A stretch of 63,579 nucleotides of DNA, the filler included, from Pirum gemmata (Eukaryota): the NCBI GenBank assembly GCA_002812295.1. It is 18 parts of 18 records of this genome, joined end to end, with 100 filler letters (N's around TTAATTAATTAA, not from the genome) between each part and the next. Parts side by side here need not be neighbours in the genome. Positions count along the whole stretch, not along the records: positions 59,694 to 63,579 come from PDIN01004059.1; 17 more parts are not named here. The stretch is one strand, 5' to 3'. Position numbers and translations under genes: made by a program. The first letter of the stretch is position 1. Every line of letters starts with the position of its first letter. Positions 61,519-63,579 of this stretch are shown piece after piece. The notes beneath the pieces were generated by a model, which searched no databases, was not told where the DNA came from, and worked only from the letters and a program-made list of their open reading frames with translations.

Positions 61519-63579
61519 TTTGATTGTTATTTTTTAAAAAAAAATAGTCGTCTATAGTAGCTACATAAAATCAGAGCATGTATTAAAAAATTTTAAATTT
61601 AGTAGATCTTGTGACAAAAATGATAAAATAAAATCTCAAGTATTCTCAAGTATTTTACTATATTTATTATATCAATAGACAGAAAAAAGCAATTGAAAAC
61701 TGATATCAATAGTAATATTAATTATAATATCAATAGTAATATTAATTATAATATTAATAATAACTAGCTAGTTGTTGGTGTTTTCAAATTTCGTATTTTA
61801 CATTATTATAATAAAATAATATATTATTATTTATGATATGGATAATTGTAGATAACGTTGAACTAAAGTTGTTTTGTTTGTATTTTTTTTTTTCTTTTTT
61901 TTTTTTCCTTATCAGCAAGGGCAGCTATATTTTTCAATACTTTTTCAATCATACTAGTTCAATCATTAGGGTAATATAAAGTTCCCATTTCTCGACCAGA
62001 AACGCCTAAATAAGATTTCCAACCATAAAAGATTAATAACTTTAGGGTTAGATTTATTAGATTGAGCTAAAAATATTTATTTATTTATGGGGTTAGTTTT
62101 TTTTTTTTTTCCCTTTTTTTTTTTTTCCAATTTATGTTTGATATTCTCTAATTTTTTAACTTTCGAGCTTATTTGATAATTTGATTCGTTTGTTTTTGTT
62201 TTATAGCACCGGCACAGCTGCTGTAACTATCGTAAGTGCCGGTATATATACTATGATAATTATATTGATATTTATAATATTTATGATACGTATTTATTTA
62301 TTTATGATATTATAATAAAATTTAATAGATATATATTACTTATTTATTCAATTTTATTTTTAAATTTACGGAACTTTTCTATATTTGATAATAATATTAT
62401 CTATTATCATAATATTATTAATTTAATTAATTTTCTCAATCACCTGCAGCTGGTAGGGGTGGGAGACAGATATCTATAATACTACGAAGGTCTAGGTCTA
62501 AGTATAATAATATATAACAATAATATTATAATAATATATAATAAAGTATAATAATATTAATATATATATAATAATATGTAATAATAAAAATATAATAATT
62601 ATAATTTATAATATACTTATATACCATACATTTATAAATAAACAAGAACCTCTTGAAATAAATAAATAAAAATTATATATAATCATGAGCTACAACCTGT
62701 TGTGGTTATTATATCATGGTATAATATAACAATAAAAAATTTACCAGTATCAATATCCACATTAAATTGTATAATATACAGAAGCAGTAATTCGGTAATT
62801 ACTATTGTTTGCTCGTTGTTAGCTTGTTGGTTGTTGGTTGGTTGATTGGTTGTTGTTGGTTGTTGTTTTTGGTTGTTGTTTTGTTGTTAAAAAACGTTAG
62901 GCATCAATGTTAACGTTGTTTGTTATTATATTTGTTGGTTACTTATATTATAGCTTAATTTGTTGTTGTTGTCTGTTGCTTTTATTAATGTATGTGTCCT
63001 TGGTATATTAAAATTAATAGTTGCTTGATTGTTGTTAGAAGTATTTGTTTGTTGCTTATCTTTTGGTTTCTATGTTAACGTTATTATAAATTAGTTGTCA
63101 ATTGTTAGTTCATTGATTTATTCTTTACTGTTTGTTGTTTGTTTGTTTGTTTTGTTTTGTTTGTTGTTTGTTTACTGTTACTTTAATAACGATTGTTTGT
63201 TGTTATTGGTTATTGATTATTGATTGCTGGTTGTTGTATTACTTGTATATGTTGTTGTTAATTTTTGTTATTGGTGTTGCTGTACAAATTGTTGGATGTT
63301 GTTGGTTGCTTGGTTGTAGTTGGTTATTGTTGGTTGTTGTTTTTCTTGATGTACCAAATGTACCAGTAGTGTGTTCGTTGTCTCTCTTCAAAACCATTTT
63401 TGTGATATCATATTTATTTTTATATCGATAACATCATTTGTAATATATTTTATCATCTATAGCTAAATATATTATTAGATAGTACACTATAATTTATAAT
63501 AAAATTTAAAATATAAATGGTGATATACATTTTGTTGAAGAAGAAAAAGTAAACATTTTTTATTTTCTTTGGTTCGGGG

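Overview
Very AT-rich eukaryotic DNA with GT-AG introns, abundant microsatellites and interstitial (TTAGGG)n arrays. A Myc-like bHLH-ZIP gene and 72-nt phase-2 LRR exons suggest an opisthokont protist, possibly a unicellular holozoan such as an ichthyosporean (inference only). The window is not one locus: it is 18 small scaffolds, mostly about 2.9-3 kb, joined by an artificial 100-bp linker (N44-TTAATTAATTAA-N44), so adjacency across linkers means nothing. Recognisable genes or fragments are: a bHLH-ZIP protein with apparent N-terminal KHA/DCX-like and C-terminal PAS-like domains; a secreted two-exon catalase-peroxidase (KatG) with a Cys-rich tail; a 6-Cys tandem-repeat protein; a Q/P-rich secreted protein; a multi-pass membrane protein; LRR exons; a CCX/NCLX-type exchanger exon; a TrmB-like exon; a Myc-like factor; YrdC/Sua5; and NF-YA. 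Non-coding DNA holds at least six MITE families, Copia and L1-like relics, and satellites. The most unusual observations are the three-domain bHLH protein with a non-canonical basic region, repeated copies of the 3' coding ends of four unlinked genes placed just after their stop codons (one inverted, forming a ~180-bp hairpin), and a telomere-repeat insertion at the branch-point position of an intron.
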